A stretch of DNA of 62,494 bases, counting the filler, from Choristocarpus tenellus KU-1152 (taxonomy: Eukaryota > Protista > Phaeophyceae): assembly GCA_964200185.2 (NCBI GenBank). It is 7 parts of 7 records of this genome, joined end to end, with 100 filler letters (N's around TTAATTAATTAA, not from the genome) between each part and the next. Parts side by side here need not be neighbours in the genome. Positions count along the whole stretch, not along the records: positions 1 to 26,776 come from CAXNAD020000162.1; 6 more parts are not named here. One strand, 5' to 3'. The notes below the pieces were generated by a model. It had not been told where the DNA came from, ran no database searches, and was given only the letters and a program-made list of their open reading frames with translations. Below, piece after piece: positions 13,601-26,876 of the stretch; the stretch's first letter is position 1, and every line of letters begins with the position of its first letter. Position numbers and translations under genes: made by a program.

Positions 13601-16600
13601 TCGATTCTAGCCTCTTGCATGAACTTCAGCGCAAGATCATAGTCATGGGCATCCAATGCTGGCTTTGCCAAGGTCATGAGCTGATTCCCTCTGATCTTCG
13701 CCTGGAGGTCTTCCAGAAGAGACAAACGTTGTTGAAGTGATACCTGCAAACCTTCCTTGGTGAGGTTGATTCCTTCAGACTGTCCCCTACTTTTGTCCCC
13801 ACCTCCGTTGATGTCTCCCTTGAGGGAAAGTTTGTCTGAGACAAGGGTTGCACATGGGACAGACATAGTCGAAGTGGACTGCCTCATGGCTGAGTCACTT
13901 GTAATATCTTTACCACCCTCAAGACGTAGTTGTGAGTGTGTAAATGCTGTGGTAGAAGTGGTTGCAGGCAATGTGGATGGGGTAGGAGCTTCATCAACGG
14001 ATGGGCTGTCTATGGAGTTAGTCGCAGCAATGAAGAAGGCCTTTGCCTTGGTAAGCCTATCAAGGCTCTCCTCAAATGCACCATCTGCGAGTAAGGTCTC
14101 TGCTTCCATGATTAGGTTGTCGCCTTGAGTCTCATCTGCACTTGCGCGGGCAGTGGCAGCATCCTCAGGGCACCCAGCTGCCTCAAAAAGTTCTGCAGCA
14201 TCGGTCAGGAAAGCGCAGGCTACCTCAAATTCATTTTCTTCTCGCTTCATCAATGCTTCTGTCATTTTTGCTTCACCACGAGCCCTGGCTACTGAGGTGG
14301 CCACGTGGATTGCGTTTTCCTCTGCCCTTTCTAGAACTTGTCTCAGCTCTTCCTTGCTATAACAGCTAGTGCTACTGAGTCCATTATGTTTTTTACTGTG
14401 TTCCACCCACCAAGCATAGCTCTCCTTAGCCTCTGTAGCAGCCATCTCTGCGGCATCAAATTCCTTCTGTTGCAAGAGGGTCACTGCATCTGCCGCTCTT
14501 GCATTGCCGGCTTCCAATACCCGTGAGAGAATTATAGCATCAGTAGTGGCAGCTATAGAGTCACTTCCCTCCAACCGCTTACCATTCTCTTCCATTCCCT
14601 CTTGACCAAAACGATTGCACCTACCGCGGAAAATTGCCCAGTCGGGGGCTGGCATTGACACTGGGGATGCCTTGGTGACCTTTCCCTTAATTTTGAGGCA
14701 TTCTGTCAAGAGCTCCTTGGCCTCAGAGTAGTTTTGTCTACTCAAGGCAGTACAATACTTCTCTGCGTACCCAACAAGGGCTAACATCTGCTCTGTCTTC
14801 TGGAGACGAGCAGTATCTGCAGCATGTGAATAGATTGGTTCTGCTCGATGGAGAAGTTTTCGGGCATCCTCGAACTGGCTATGGTCTACAACCTGAAATA
14901 ATTCGAGATTTGGAAAGTTGAATGTGCGGGACCAATCGAAAATATTCATCTCACCGCTTCATATCTTGCTGGTCTGGTAGGATAGGATCAAGAGGGTGCA
15001 CCTTCTATTCTATAGGAAATGTGTTTGGAGGGAAGGAAATGAAACCTGTGTGGAATGGGATGATGAGCAGGAGATCTGCCCTCAATGCATTGTGTTCGTA
15101 GGCTAGGAGTCAGTTCTTAAAGTAGGAATATTCTTGCACCTGTGCATACCAACACCATCTTTGTTATTTCTAGGGTTAAGGAGAAAACTAAGGTGGCAAA
15201 CTCGAGGTATCATAGTGCTGGAGCAACTCTGTTTCTTCTCATTGACTATTGCCAACTATTGAAATTTACTAGACAGATAAAGTTGGTGCCGAGTTCCTTG
15301 CAGCCTTCTTCAACGAGACCTGTTTCAAGAAGCACCTGTGCTAGTTGTTCCAAGGAGGCGTCAGCATCAAGGCAATCCAGCTGAGTCTCAACCTCAGCAG
15401 ATCGCTGCCCGTCTTGTGAGCTGATTAATTTGGGAGATGGAGATTAGAGGAACATAGTATGCCACATGAATCATAGTGCAGGCAGAAAAAGATGGAGGAT
15501 CAATACATATTGCACACTACACATTTCCTGTTTCACTTGATCTTCAGCAATATATATGAATACCTTATTATGGGCATAGCAGTCCAAGGAAAGTTATTGG
15601 AATAAGTCTTGAGTCAACAGTGCACCTCAAGTCGAGGAAGGATAGGGTTAAGAAATACCGAAGATCGTTAATCTACTACTCCTCACACTTGTTCATCTGG
15701 GAAAATTTGAGGTGTTTCAAACAGCTTCTTATGCAAGGAGAGATTGCTGCAACCCCTGCATCCAGAGATGGAGTGGCAGTCAACAAGGAAAAAACACTGT
15801 AGGATCCCAAAACCAGCTGCAAGAGGAAAACTAAGACTTGGAAATGTACTGCCTTTCAATTAAATAGTCTATTCTTCTGGGGTTTTCCCGATGCACACAA
15901 ACATTAATATTTTCAACCCGGCGTCATTATTTCTGCCATTTCTTACTCCGATTACAGGGTGAGTAGTTTTCTGACTCCAAAGCTCATTTCACCTATAGAG
16001 ACCGTTGATCATATCCTGCAGCTCGAGAGCCTTGGACACACAACCTACATCGTCACCATGCATCTCTAGCAGCTCAGTGAACTGGTCTACCAGACGCTCA
16101 TGAGACACCTGCATTCGGGGTGACAAGGGCGATGTGCTAGTGTTGAGCTTGGCATATAGCTACAACCTACTCGCTGTGTGAGTATCAGTCTTGGTATTGA
16201 TTTAATGTTGGGATAGACCTTTTGAGGAGAGGAGGCAAGGGTATGATGTCTACACCACTGACAAGAATATGTACTACTGCCCACACTATCATGTTAGCCG
16301 GTTGATTCTGATTCAGTCCCTTAAGGTTAGGAGATATATTCGGAGAAAGGTGGGTGTTCCACAGTAAAAAGTAGGAAAGGAGTTGGTTTTAGGACCAGGG
16401 ATGAGACTATGCCTCTGTATCGGGGTCAAAATTTGGGTTGAAATCACGCCTTTTGTTTGGGTAGAAGTCAGGACGAAATCACGGGCGTCTTCAAGGTCTA
16501 GGTTCGATCACAAGTGCCTTTTTCGGACCTAGGGGGGCATTATGTTCCAACTGAGGCATTATACCCACTTGGTCATAGAAACCATGGAGCAAAATTCAGC

Positions 16601-19600
16601 TCCTATTTGACTCAACACTCCCAGGGATCTTCACTTAGAAAGTTTGTCAAGGTAAAATTGTCCAGCCGTTCTATACTGGCCCAACATTGGTAGAATATTC
16701 TGAGCTCTAAAAGTTCACTAAAGGCTCACGAGGATAGATGAGTAACACCAAACCCCGAGTCCTGAGCCTAAAGGAGACCCTGATCAGACATGTGTCATTT
16801 CAAGACTGTGTGTGTGGTATTGTAGTTGTACTCCATATATAAGTTGTTGCCATATGGGGGATTTTAAACTCCTCACCAATATTTCGCACATTCAGTCCTA
16901 CTGACATTTTTTCAGTTACAAATTTCACACTCACATGAGAGTGTCACCACATCTTTTGTAATGACATGGTGGATACTTCGAAGCGGTTTATTTGCAGTAG
17001 GAAAAATTATGCCAAGAATATTATATGAGTAATAGTTTGGATTCTGTTGAGACCCGCTTGTGAATTCTACTTAGAAGTGAAATTGTTGCACCCTTCACGT
17101 AGTGTCCTGAGAGAGGAATTTGTGATTGCCTTTGGAACACTTTGGATTCAAATATTCTTAACTCTGAAGAGTTTATCTAGCATTCAGGCTCAAAGTATCT
17201 GGGGGGGGGTGGCAGCGGCTGTCCATTTGGGGTCAATTTTTTCAAGTCGCGATTTTATGTGATTTGGTTGCATACGTCAGATGGATAATGTAAATGCACT
17301 TTTCCTGATTTCGACCCAAATGGACACCCTGGTGTAGACCCCTCCCCCTCCCCCCAGATACTTTGGGTCTTCACACCACACTCAACTATAATTTTGTGAA
17401 AGATGGCGATGCCGGTACTTCACATACGGAGTGGCGACATCCCCTGACGGGCTGATCTTGGCAGTGCCAACCTTTGCTAGTACTGTGCTCCACAAGAACC
17501 ACAACACTAGGACAATTTAAAGTGAACATTGGTAGGTAAAGTCGAAGACAAACCACAACGGTCAGTTCCGTGGTCCCTTCCCTGAGTAAATATCCTGATG
17601 TGAAGTATGTTTCAGTTGTCGCACAAACCTGGGCACTGCGATAAAATTTTTTCGCCTCGTGGAGCAATTTGACAGCTCTTGCACCCTCTCCTGCAGACAG
17701 GGCTGGATCTACCTCCTTCAGCAAGTTGTCTCCAGCACGAAAATTCGAAACCATGCATACCTGTGAGGAAGGAAGTAGCTCATTTTTAGCAGTTTTTCGT
17801 GCAGTGCGTATATACTCACTCCATGACGTGCTTGCTCACTGGCATAGTTTTTTGAAGATATTGTGTTTTCAGGGGAGAAAATCATAGGGAGAACAAAAGA
17901 CGCAAGTACATCAGAATCTATAGCCGCTCCCAACAAAAGACACCGTTGCATCAATATGTTCGGGTCTCGATAGGTGTTGTGGTTCAACCGACCCAATAGT
18001 GTATGGATGAAGGAACATCCAACCGTACAGTCGATTTTTTTTTATTCGTTGGATATTATTCTTTTTCGAACTATGTGTGGACAGACCCCCACAGAACCTC
18101 CTCCACAACGACGTCTCCGTGGTCATGAGCGAGCATGTGGACTCTGAGGTCATGAGCGAGCCTGTGGACTCTGAACACGGTAGCGCCGATGATATAGAAC
18201 ATGGCTCCCATATGAAGAGGGACGTTGCGAGGGAGGTGATGAGGGGAGTGAAGGCCAGTGCAAGAAAAAGCAGATTCTGAGGTTCAGCTCATGACCCAGC
18301 AGGAGAAGCAGAAAGCGTGCCTGGAAGTGAACAAGAAAAAATATAAATGTTTTTCCTAACCCTTTGAGTCTAGGGCAGTTTTTTTTTCTTTCTCTATTTC
18401 AATCAAGGTATGCACAAGGGGGGAGTGAAGCCTCTGTGTGACTGTATGCCCTGATCTGCGTAGCAATAGAGGGGCTCTGCGAGCGCAGGGATTCAGATAG
18501 GGGAACTGAAGGTCAACAGCAAAAGCCCTGAGCAAGTACCCTCTTAGTGCAAAGAGGCGGAGAACAGGAGAGTTGGTCGTTGTTTTGGAGGGCGAGAAGA
18601 AGGAGAGTGGATGGTTGAAGGAAAGGGCTCAAAAATTTCTGTGCTTGTTGGTCAAAATTGGTTGTCGTGTTCTGGCAGTCACTGCCACAATGGCAGCCCA
18701 GAGGATACACAATCTCTCAAGATTTAGGACTGTTTCAACACCAAAACGAAACAGGTCATGTCAAGGGAATTTTGAGCTTCTTATTTCCTGCCCATCTCCT
18801 AGCTGAAGATTGCTGCATTACAATTTGCTGCGGATGACAATGTATCAGCCACAACGCCAGCTGAAGACCTATTTTATTACATGAGCAGTGTGTATTAGCA
18901 AATATTACTTGGAGTGCATGAGTGAAAGTATCTTAGAGGGTACGAATTTTTCCCTGTTTGTCCATTTGGGGCTTGACTTCCCATGGGTTCTGTTACGACA
19001 TTTTCCTACTCCAAAATGTATAGGAGTAGGTAAAATGTATACGTTATGAAAAGGTGTGTTCCGAACAAGGATATTGACACTTCCTAACAAACACGATAGC
19101 CAAAACTACATCAATATCACAACATTGGATTTTGGCCCCCAAATGGATGGGGCTCTACCCTCTAAGATTATTTGGCTCTCGTACTCACCCCCACACAGTT
19201 ATCTTTGACAAAATCTCTAGTCAAGATTTTCTGATTTTCTCGAAGAGATTTGTGAGGAGAAAAAGAAAATTGGGGTCAGAAGTCTGTCTCATGAAAAAGG
19301 CATGAAAATGAGAACACCCCCTGAAATATCCCCTCCAGTGGGGCCCCTCTCCAGCTAGGAGACCTTTTTTCTTCATGACCTTTCCCTCTCCTTGCTGTGT
19401 GTGCAATGCGCAATGGCTTTGATTGAAATCTAGTCTATTGATAGTAGCTGAGCTAATTTAATTTTTTCTAATCACACTCCTAAAAAGGTTAGTGCACAAT
19501 ATGAGTAGACGTTTATTGTGTGACTTCATGGTGGCTACTGTTGCCTTTTGGAGAATATTTTATTTTCTACTTGCAAATGGTTTCGATCGTATTATTATTA

Positions 19601-22600
19601 TTATTATTATTATATTTAATCCAGAAGGAGTTTTAATTCAAATGATAAAAAACAAACAACGACTCAAAACAATCGAGAGATACCCAGGGGAGTGAGAGTA
19701 TCTCAGAGGGTACAAGATTTGCCCTGTTTGTCCATTTTGGGCTTGGTTTCCCATGTTAAAAAAAAAAATGGCATCTTCCTACTCCAAAATGTACACGCTA
19801 GGAAAATTCGTGTCCAGAAGATGGATATTGACACTTTCTAAAAAACACGATAGTCAATTTTTCATCAAAATCGCAACATTGGATTTTGGCCCCAAGTGGA
19901 CGTGGCCCTACCCTCGAAGATACTTTGGCCCAGGGGTTACATTTTAAGGATAGTACTGACCATTGTGCAAAATCCGACTTCTAGTATAAATGAGTGTGGG
20001 TAAGTTTTTGAATACTTCTCTCCGAAAATTTCCAGAAATGGAGAAATCAACGATATTCAAAGTCAATCTTCGGATTCAATCGATAGAAATAAGGGTGGAT
20101 GGCAAAAGATGAAAAATATGGCTTTAACTACCAAACTGACGAGAACTGGGTACTATGAGGATTGAATGTCAGGAGGTTGGGTGGGCAAGGGTTGGCCAAT
20201 GGGAGAGAGAGAGAGAGGAGAAAAGTGGATTGTGATGGGGCTCAAGTGAAGGAAAATCAGCAAAGAACAAGAAGACGTGAAGTCAGAGGAACTCGTTGGC
20301 TTGGCCAGGACTGAGAATAGAGGTCGGTTTGGGTTTTGACTCCATCATAGGCATCTTTCACTTCTGGGACAAATGTTGAAGAGCATTCAGTGCCATCAGT
20401 CGATTGATTATTCATTGATCTTACAGGATTAGGTTGACGACCTGAAGCAATTTAACTGTAACCAACAAAGGAAAATTTTGACCCCTTGACCCCTGGGAGT
20501 CAGAGATGTATTTGTCGATGTGAGGTAGGGCTACTCCAAGGAAGGGCTACTGTGGGGAAGAATAAACGTCAGCCTCCCTGACCAGTTCGTAGGAAATAAG
20601 GAGTTGTGGTAGAGAGCAAGAATCAGTGTTTAACTTTCACAATGATGGTGCAAGGGCATCATGAACCATATTGGGAGCTGCTACCGTGTAGATGTGTGCT
20701 CTGTACTATTGGGCATCTCGAGAAACTTAAATAGCCCCTCTGCTCTCCCCACCACCCTCAACAACAACCAGTTCAATGCCATAACATTCTATCCATTCTT
20801 ACCCCCACAGGCCTCACTCACCGCTCCCTCCACATCTTCCAAAGCTGCCGCCTTTGCATTGGGATTCACAAATTGAAGGCAGTTCTTAGCCTCTTCGCAC
20901 AGTCTCTGAGATTCACAGGTGTTCCCTTCCCTTTATTAGGTACAACGGATTGAGGTGGTGGTCGATGCTAGAGGATAGATGGAGAGATCTCTCTTGAAGG
21001 GAGGGAGCATGAACAAAGTGGATGTCAACGTGAAATGTGGACTCCTTGTAGGTTAGTGAAACGTTCAGCTACTTGCGGTCAGTGCTAGGTTCACATCACA
21101 GGAGACGTTTCAGAAGCTAATACCAAACTGCGGACTTGTCAAGGGGCTTCATTCACGATTGGCTTTATATTCGTGATGCCACAAACACATAGGAGTATTT
21201 CCAAGGAGGCTGGGGCGTCAATTTCTTCTGTTGGACGACTTGGCAGTCCTCTCCTGTTCCTCAATCTTGTACACATCCTGCTCTCTCTACCCTAGCAACT
21301 CTCTTTCCAGTGGTTAGACGCCCAGCAGAAATCTCACTTGAGTACTTTCAGAGACTCAGCCTTGAGCTGGCGCCCCCCTACCAATGCTGCTTCTCTCACC
21401 AGCGCCCCAGGGTCCCTTAACCTCAACAAGCCCTCCTCTCCCTCAGGACCAGCAGAGGCATACAGGTGCTGGGCACGATGTAGCCCTTCCAAGACTGCAT
21501 CGTATTTCCTAGAAGGATGAGATTAAACATGAGTTCGGGCGAAGTTTTAAGAGAGGAATTGAAAGGCCTTGGTTGGGGTAATGGTTGGAATCGAAATGGA
21601 GGTTCATCCAAAGATTTGCGCAGGGCTGTGTATACTAGTAGACATATACATACATACTGATCTAATTATTGAGGAATTAATGTTTGCTGTTGGGTGTCAG
21701 ATTTTTTGTGGTTGTTCTGCGAAACATGGAAGTGCTTTCATGCTAGAAGAGTGAAGAGCTGGAGCTTCGGATAGTGTTTTTTTTTTTTTTATTCAGCTGG
21801 ATATCAGGATAGGATCAACCTAATGCCTACATCAGGGATAGAATAGAGAAGCAAATGAGAGAAGTATGGGTTGAAATGAGGATGGACACTGTGAGGAGTA
21901 GCTATGAATCCAAACAGAAAAGGGCTTGAGTTGCCCTAGATTCTTGGATAAAGTTCAAATTTGAAAGAAACCATGTCAGAGTTGGGCATATTTGAGGTTT
22001 ATGGGCTAGGGTTAGATTTCAGCTTCAACCCTAGTGTAATGTGAGAGGCTGGTTGGGTGGATTTTCCTGGATGCAAAGAACCTGGTGCGATTGATTAATT
22101 GGTGACACTTCAATCCATTGAACAACCTCATTTGAAAGGCACATAAAGAATGGGAATTGTGTTCTGCCTGTACAAATGACTTCTACTAGACAAGAACGCT
22201 GTTTCTTGGGACCTCTACTTGATTTCAACCTTTTCGTTTTGGCCAATAACACGACCAGAAGACGAGGGCTAATCTCCCTCACCCTCATTTGTTCTTGTGG
22301 TGATGGTTCGAGAAGGAAATATCTTGTGGTACACCACAATTAAACCCTTACCACATGATCCCCCCCCCCCCCCCCCCCCCCCCCACCTCAATAAAATGTC
22401 CACCCCCCAAAAAAGGCAAAAAAAAAACCAAAAGCAAAAAAGTCCACCNNNNNNNNNNCCACATGACCCCCCCCCCCCTCCCAACCACTAAGCTTGAATA
22501 GCATGTCACCATTCAAAAGAGGCTAAAATACACACGAAGGCTATAATGTTCACCAACACACAACTCAACAAGAGTATGATAAGCACACATGCACTCAATT

Positions 22601-24711
22601 CTGCACAAGCTTAGGGAGTCACAGGTAAGAAAAGAGGGGAAAAAAAGGAGGGCTAGCTAGTACTCTGGAGTACCTGCATACTCCAAGAACTCACATATAG
22701 AGTTAATGTACTGTGAAGTATTTGACAAAGAGATGGATAATGCAGAGGGAAGAAAGACGGCCACAGAAATGACAAACGGACCTCTTTGACAACAGTGGGG
22801 CAACTGCAGACACCTCCTCGTCCCCCCTCAGTGCCAACCACACCCTTTGCGCCCTCTTTGCCCCTTCCTGGTCCCCTGCAAGAATGAAATTTTCCTCAGC
22901 TTCTCGAGCTGCATCCTTCGCTGCACAAAAGCCAAACCCAGAATTGGCCCATTTAGGAAATTCCTCCTTGTGCACATTTGCCACCTCAGTTTTGTTGTTT
23001 GAAGCGCCATACACAGCTGATGTTGAATTTGCAGCTTGAGGCGTACAAATTCCAGGAGCAGTGGAGGGGGCTGATGTATGCATTGGCTTTGGAGCAGACT
23101 TGGACTTGTGATTGTGGGTTGAAGAATGTGAGTTGATGTAAGAATAGAGTTTGGCTAGTGCTTTTGTCATGGCTGGGGTAAGAGAAGGAGCATCCGCTAG
23201 ACGCTGCGAGCCAGCAATTCCAGCCCGAAACCTGTGAGTAGAAAGGGGGCAGTTGGCCAGGTGTGCAACTTGAGGTTCAAAAGTGGGGTGGAGACAGATG
23301 TGTTTCAACACCAAGTCCCTCTTAAATCACCATATTGTGTGCAGGTTTTTGCCAGATAACTAGATGCTTCGGATTGGCTTACAGTCAACATCTACTTCTT
23401 GGTTGCAATATTGATTTCTTCCAGGCCCACACTCACAAACTCAGGCAGCAACACACTTATGCATTTGTTCCCCTGCACACTTGACGATTCTATGGTGGTA
23501 CCAACCCACAATTTTGGGACCATCATTCACCTCGCAGCCATGTCGGCCTGATCAGTGAACCCCTGTCCCCTGAATGCCTCTTCTGCCTCCTCCAATAGAC
23601 TCGTACACTCTGCTGCAACTTGTTGACTCAACTTCTTGCACTGAGGAATCCTAACCACCCTCGCACATGCAATTGCTGGCCCTGCGGAAATTGGCCTGTT
23701 CATCTTCATCCATTGCTCTCTCTGCACGATCTCTGTCTTTGCTCCCGACTCTCTCCCCATATCTGTATCTTCACCTTGTGGATCACAACGTATAGATCCT
23801 GTGGCCAGAGAGATCGCTTCATAGAAGCGTGTCATCAACTGCTCCCCTCGCCTCACTTCCCTGGCTTTAGTGATCTTGTCCTCCATGTCAGACACATCAT
23901 CCAGAAATTCCTGTCAACATCAAGGGCAGGTGGATGTAGCTAAGTTTGTATCCAGCAGGGAAAGAGAAGAATATTGGGGTCAGAAGGTGGAGGAGAGGGG
24001 AAGAGGGGAGGTAGCTGGAGGAAGAGAAAGGCAGAGGAGGACAAGGATTAAGAAGGGTGTAGCAATTACAAACTGCATGAAGACATGCTGGTTATCATGA
24101 ACGAACTATAACCAATGAGAAAAAATGTTGATTGAAACCAAATGTACACTTCTTGTGACTTAGTAACTTTCAAGCCTCTCTCCTCTCACCTCCACATGAT
24201 GTCGGAGAATGCATGGTGCTTTCTTTGTCTTTGACCCTCTGGGCTGCCCCATATCTTTCCCGTACCCCCCTCTTCCTCTGTTACAACCTCCTCCTGTAGC
24301 ATGTTCTATCTTTCGCAGCAAGGCCTCCCCAGCATTCAATTCCTCCTGAGAGGGACAAAAAGTATTGGCAGCTCCACTTGATGTTGTGGGCCGATCATTT
24401 CCCATTGTCTGCGAGGAAAAGGGGTTAAGGAGGTGGAGGGTAGAGTTAAATATTCTGTGAGATTGTACTAGTAAGTTGTTTGTACTTCTTGTCAAGAGCC
24501 AAGCATAATGGAAGATTATTCTCACCTGCCCTTTGCCTCTGCCCTTGCTTCCTTTTGCCCTACAAAACAAATTGGCCCCTTTCCCCAATGTACCCTTTTC
24601 CCCAGCTGAATTGCTGTTGCTTACATTGGCACCATGAAAACAGCGTGCAACATACTTAAATGCTATGCAAGACCTTTCGTTGAACTGCTGGGCTTTGTCC
24701 CACCATCCCTG
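3056..24711 (-). CDS. Giant multi-exon gene (at least 2,722 aa, 5'-incomplete): alpha-helical TPR/SNAP-like repeat region plus very long acidic disordered C-terminal tail; function unknown
   Basis: Exons read by eye with AG/GT boundaries and consecutive compatible phases: 24711-24526, 24345-24190, 23910-23531, 23231-22782, 21508-21338, 20930-20822, 17760-17629, 16081-15993, 15420-15270, 14892-13090, 11848-11735, 11341-11184, 9360-6669, 4633-3056(stop). Sum 8,169 nt, open frame. Repeated motifs such as AEEAFRGQG, AEENFILAGDQEGA, AAELFEAAGCPEDA, GDEE..AV..LL. The donor at 15270 and the link to the last two exons are the least certain parts. Confidence 0.7.
5323..5524. mobile_element. Foldback/MITE-like element: ~85-bp inverted arms with ~32-bp AT-rich spacer
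   Basis: 5323-5407 (aacagccgatttcaaaaattgaggatggagc...gtgtcgatatg) is the near-perfect reverse complement of 5440-5524 (catatcaacac...gctccatcctcaatttttggaattggctgtt). Confidence 0.85.
6427..6657 (+). mobile_element. MITE family A copy (internally deleted)
   Basis: Shares aagtatttttagagggtacgaattt...ggaacaaggatattgacacttcctaacaaacac...ctaccatctaagatcctttgaccc with the other family A copies. Confidence 0.85.
6669..9360 (-). CDS. Very large (2.7 kb) acidic exon of giant gene
   Basis: ORF 6585..9320 is open. Acceptor caatttgcag|C GCC CAA at 9360; donor TCG|gtgagg at 6669. The ORF tail beyond 6669 is intron/MITE sequence. Extremely E/D/S-rich. Confidence 0.75.
10117..10370 (+). mobile_element. 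MITE family A, complete copy with 4-bp TSD AAGT
   Basis: aagt|GAGTGAAAGTATCTTAGAGGGTA ... TACCCTCCAAGGCACTTTGGCTC|aagt; imperfect ~23-bp TIRs. Confidence 0.9.
13090..14892 (-). CDS. Large exon of giant gene; helical TPR/SNAP-like repeats
   Basis: Core of ORF 12940..14949; acceptor tttcag|GTT GTA at 14892, donor AAG|gtgtgg at 13090. Repeats such as FEDARKLLHRA, YSEAKELLTEC, FDAAEMAATEA, FEESLDRLTKAKAFF, YDLALKFMQEA. Confidence 0.8.
17187..17369 (+). mobile_element. MITE family B, complete copy with 4-bp TSD TTCA
   Basis: ttca|GGCTCAAAGTATCTGGGGGG ... CCCCCAGATACTTTGGGTC|ttca; internal inverted gtccatttgg / ccaaatggac motifs. Confidence 0.9.
18920..19178 (+). mobile_element. MITE family A copy
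   Basis: gagtgaaagtatcttagagggtacg ... ctaccctctaagattatttggctc; full length, TSD not conserved. Confidence 0.9.
19690..19931 (+). mobile_element. MITE family A copy with 4-bp TSD AGGG
   Basis: aggg|GAGTGAGAGTATCTCAGAGGGTAC ... TACCCTCGAAGATACTTTGGCCC|aggg. Confidence 0.9.
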
Positions 24712-26622
24712 CTAGGAAGATGATAAAGCGGACATCAAGTGATTGAGGTAGGGCACCATTTCAGTTTCAGGTAGCTGCATCTATTGGGTTGATCCTATTA
24801 ATCCTCTTAGCTCCTGGGTTTGAACTATTGCAGTGTGCTTTTATTTGAAACGATTGTGTGCCAGAGCCTTGGTTTGTGCTCCAGGGTACTTCAAAGTATA
24901 CACTACTGTAGTAGAAATATTTCATTTTCTACAGCACATGAGATCAAGGTCCAAGATGTTTCAAGAGTACGCCCAGTACCGTACTGTATATGCCAACAGT
25001 AGGAGTTCGGCCAAGGTTGACTACTGACACAAGGTACTGTGAGGTGTCGATGAATGGGATATGTGTGGGCTCGTACAGCAATATAGGGGCTGGATAGGGT
25101 GTCCGGGGGAGGATTCCTAAGATATTGGAACTACCTTTAGAAATGCGATCATTAGCTATCCAACCTTTACGATCAACATCCACCTAAAAAAAGACGCCCC
25201 CTGCTCTCCGCAGATTCCCCACTTGCTAACCCTTGAAAGAGTGTCTGCACAGGGCAGATCAAGGGATGCATGGAGGTACGTCTACACTTTTTTGTGAAGG
25301 CCAATGATCAAACACGGACTAAAATCCTCCTCCCCCCCCCTTGTCATTTCTTGAACTGGACAAGCCTGTTCTAGGGCCCGGACTGCCTTGGTGTAGTCCG
25401 TTAGTCCATGAAGGGCTGCCAGCTCTGACACAATGTCCAAGGGAGTTGTATCTGATGGGGAAATAATGTCAATGGTCCTTGCGAGGACTGGATTAACAAA
25501 GGGAAGACTGCCAGTGGACAGTGGAGAGGAGGCAATTGCAAAAAGTGGTGGTTGAGTGCCCAGATGTGATGCAGAATAGTTGTGGAAGCACCTGGAAGAG
25601 GCACAGATCGCTCTATGCTAAAATATATGTGCAGCAGCCGGAAGCTATGCTCATCCCTTGATTGAGTAAATATAAATAAATCATGAGGGGCAAAGACAAA
25701 AGACATTAGCAGTTAGTGTGAACATGGAATATACATATATACGAAGTCGTTTTCCTACAGTCTCCTCTAAATTTGTCACAGGTGAGCATGCCAAATGAAC
25801 ACCAGCCCCAGCTTTGTAGCATATGATCAAAATGCACATCGGAAGAGGTAGGAGAGACGGTCGGTGCCCTTACAACTTTGTTCCTTGTGCTTAGGAGTCA
25901 TCATTTGTACCTCCAATTATAAAGCAATGACATTTGGTGGCTTGATACAGGATGCATTCAACTGTTATGTAAAGAGGTATTTGAAGTAGCCATACAGGGT
26001 GTTCTTTGTTTTTCTGGTGTTGTGTCTCCCCTCGGAGAAAACGTACCAAACTTTCTGGAGGAAAATGCTAATACTATGCATGCACTACATTCTTCTGAGT
26101 GGATAAATGATGTGGCATCGTGGGGAGGTACATGCGCACAGGTGTGTGTTAGTGTGGTAGGGCGGGAGCAACTCTCCATCAACAAGTTGCTTGTTGTAAA
26201 ATTCCCACGCTCTCTTATAGATACTTAAGTATTTCCTAAACAATGTGACCTGTGTACTTTAGGTTGAGAGCAAATCCTGTCATATGGCAAACAGCAAAAT
26301 ACTCTAATACAAAGTATCACGGTTATCCCTCCTCTCTCTGGGTGGCGAAAGAAAGAAAGTAATGGAGTGAGCAACCCTGCTTGGCACGATAAAGCCTTAT
26401 TGGCGCACTTCTGCTCCCCTTAATCGACCACTTCATACCCGGAATGACCCAACTCAACAAGACAGAGCATTTGACCAAAGACGGCGGTGCAAGTGGCAAT
26501 GTCTGGAGGATAGGCAGGGCAGACTCCTGGGATACTTCCCTCATTCCTGCGCCATCTTCATAGTGCTAGTCTCGATTCTTGCATATGGATAGATGTCTTC
26601 GTTGTGGTCAAATACAACAATG

Positions 26623-26776
26623 GAGCCAAGGTACCTTACAGGATAGAGCCGCGTCCATTTGGGGGCCAAAATCCAATGTTGCGGTTTTGATGTAATTTTT
26701 GCTATCGTGTTTGTTAGGAAGTGTCAATATCCATGTTCCAGACACAGCTTTTCATAACATATACACTTTACCTACT
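26623..26776 (-). mobile_element. MITE family A partial copy at contig end
   Basis: Reverse complement of the family A 3' half (gtccatttgggggccaaaatccaatgttgc...atcgtgtttgttaggaagtgtcaatatcc), cut by the gap. Confidence 0.85.
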
Positions 26777-26876
26777 NNNNNNNNNNNNNNNNNNNNNNNN
26801 NNNNNNNNNNNNNNNNNNNNTTAATTAATTAANNNNNNNNNNNNNNNNNNNNNNNNNNNNNNNNNNNNNNNNNNNN
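26777..26876. other. Artificial scaffold spacer (44 N + TTAATTAATTAA + 44 N); same spacer at 37765-37864, 41356-41455, 45855-45954, 55762-55861, 59404-59503
   Basis: Identical 100-bp structure six times; the 12-mer gives TAA stops in all six frames. Confidence 0.95.

Noticed and set aside
25400-26600. Possible LINE 3'-end remnants (similar stretch near 41940-42060)
   Set aside because: Only short shared words such as tgggatacttccct; no RT motif identified with confidence.
26821-26832. Recurrent palindrome TTAATTAATTAA
   Set aside because: Always centred in N runs; an artificial six-frame stop linker, not a biological site.
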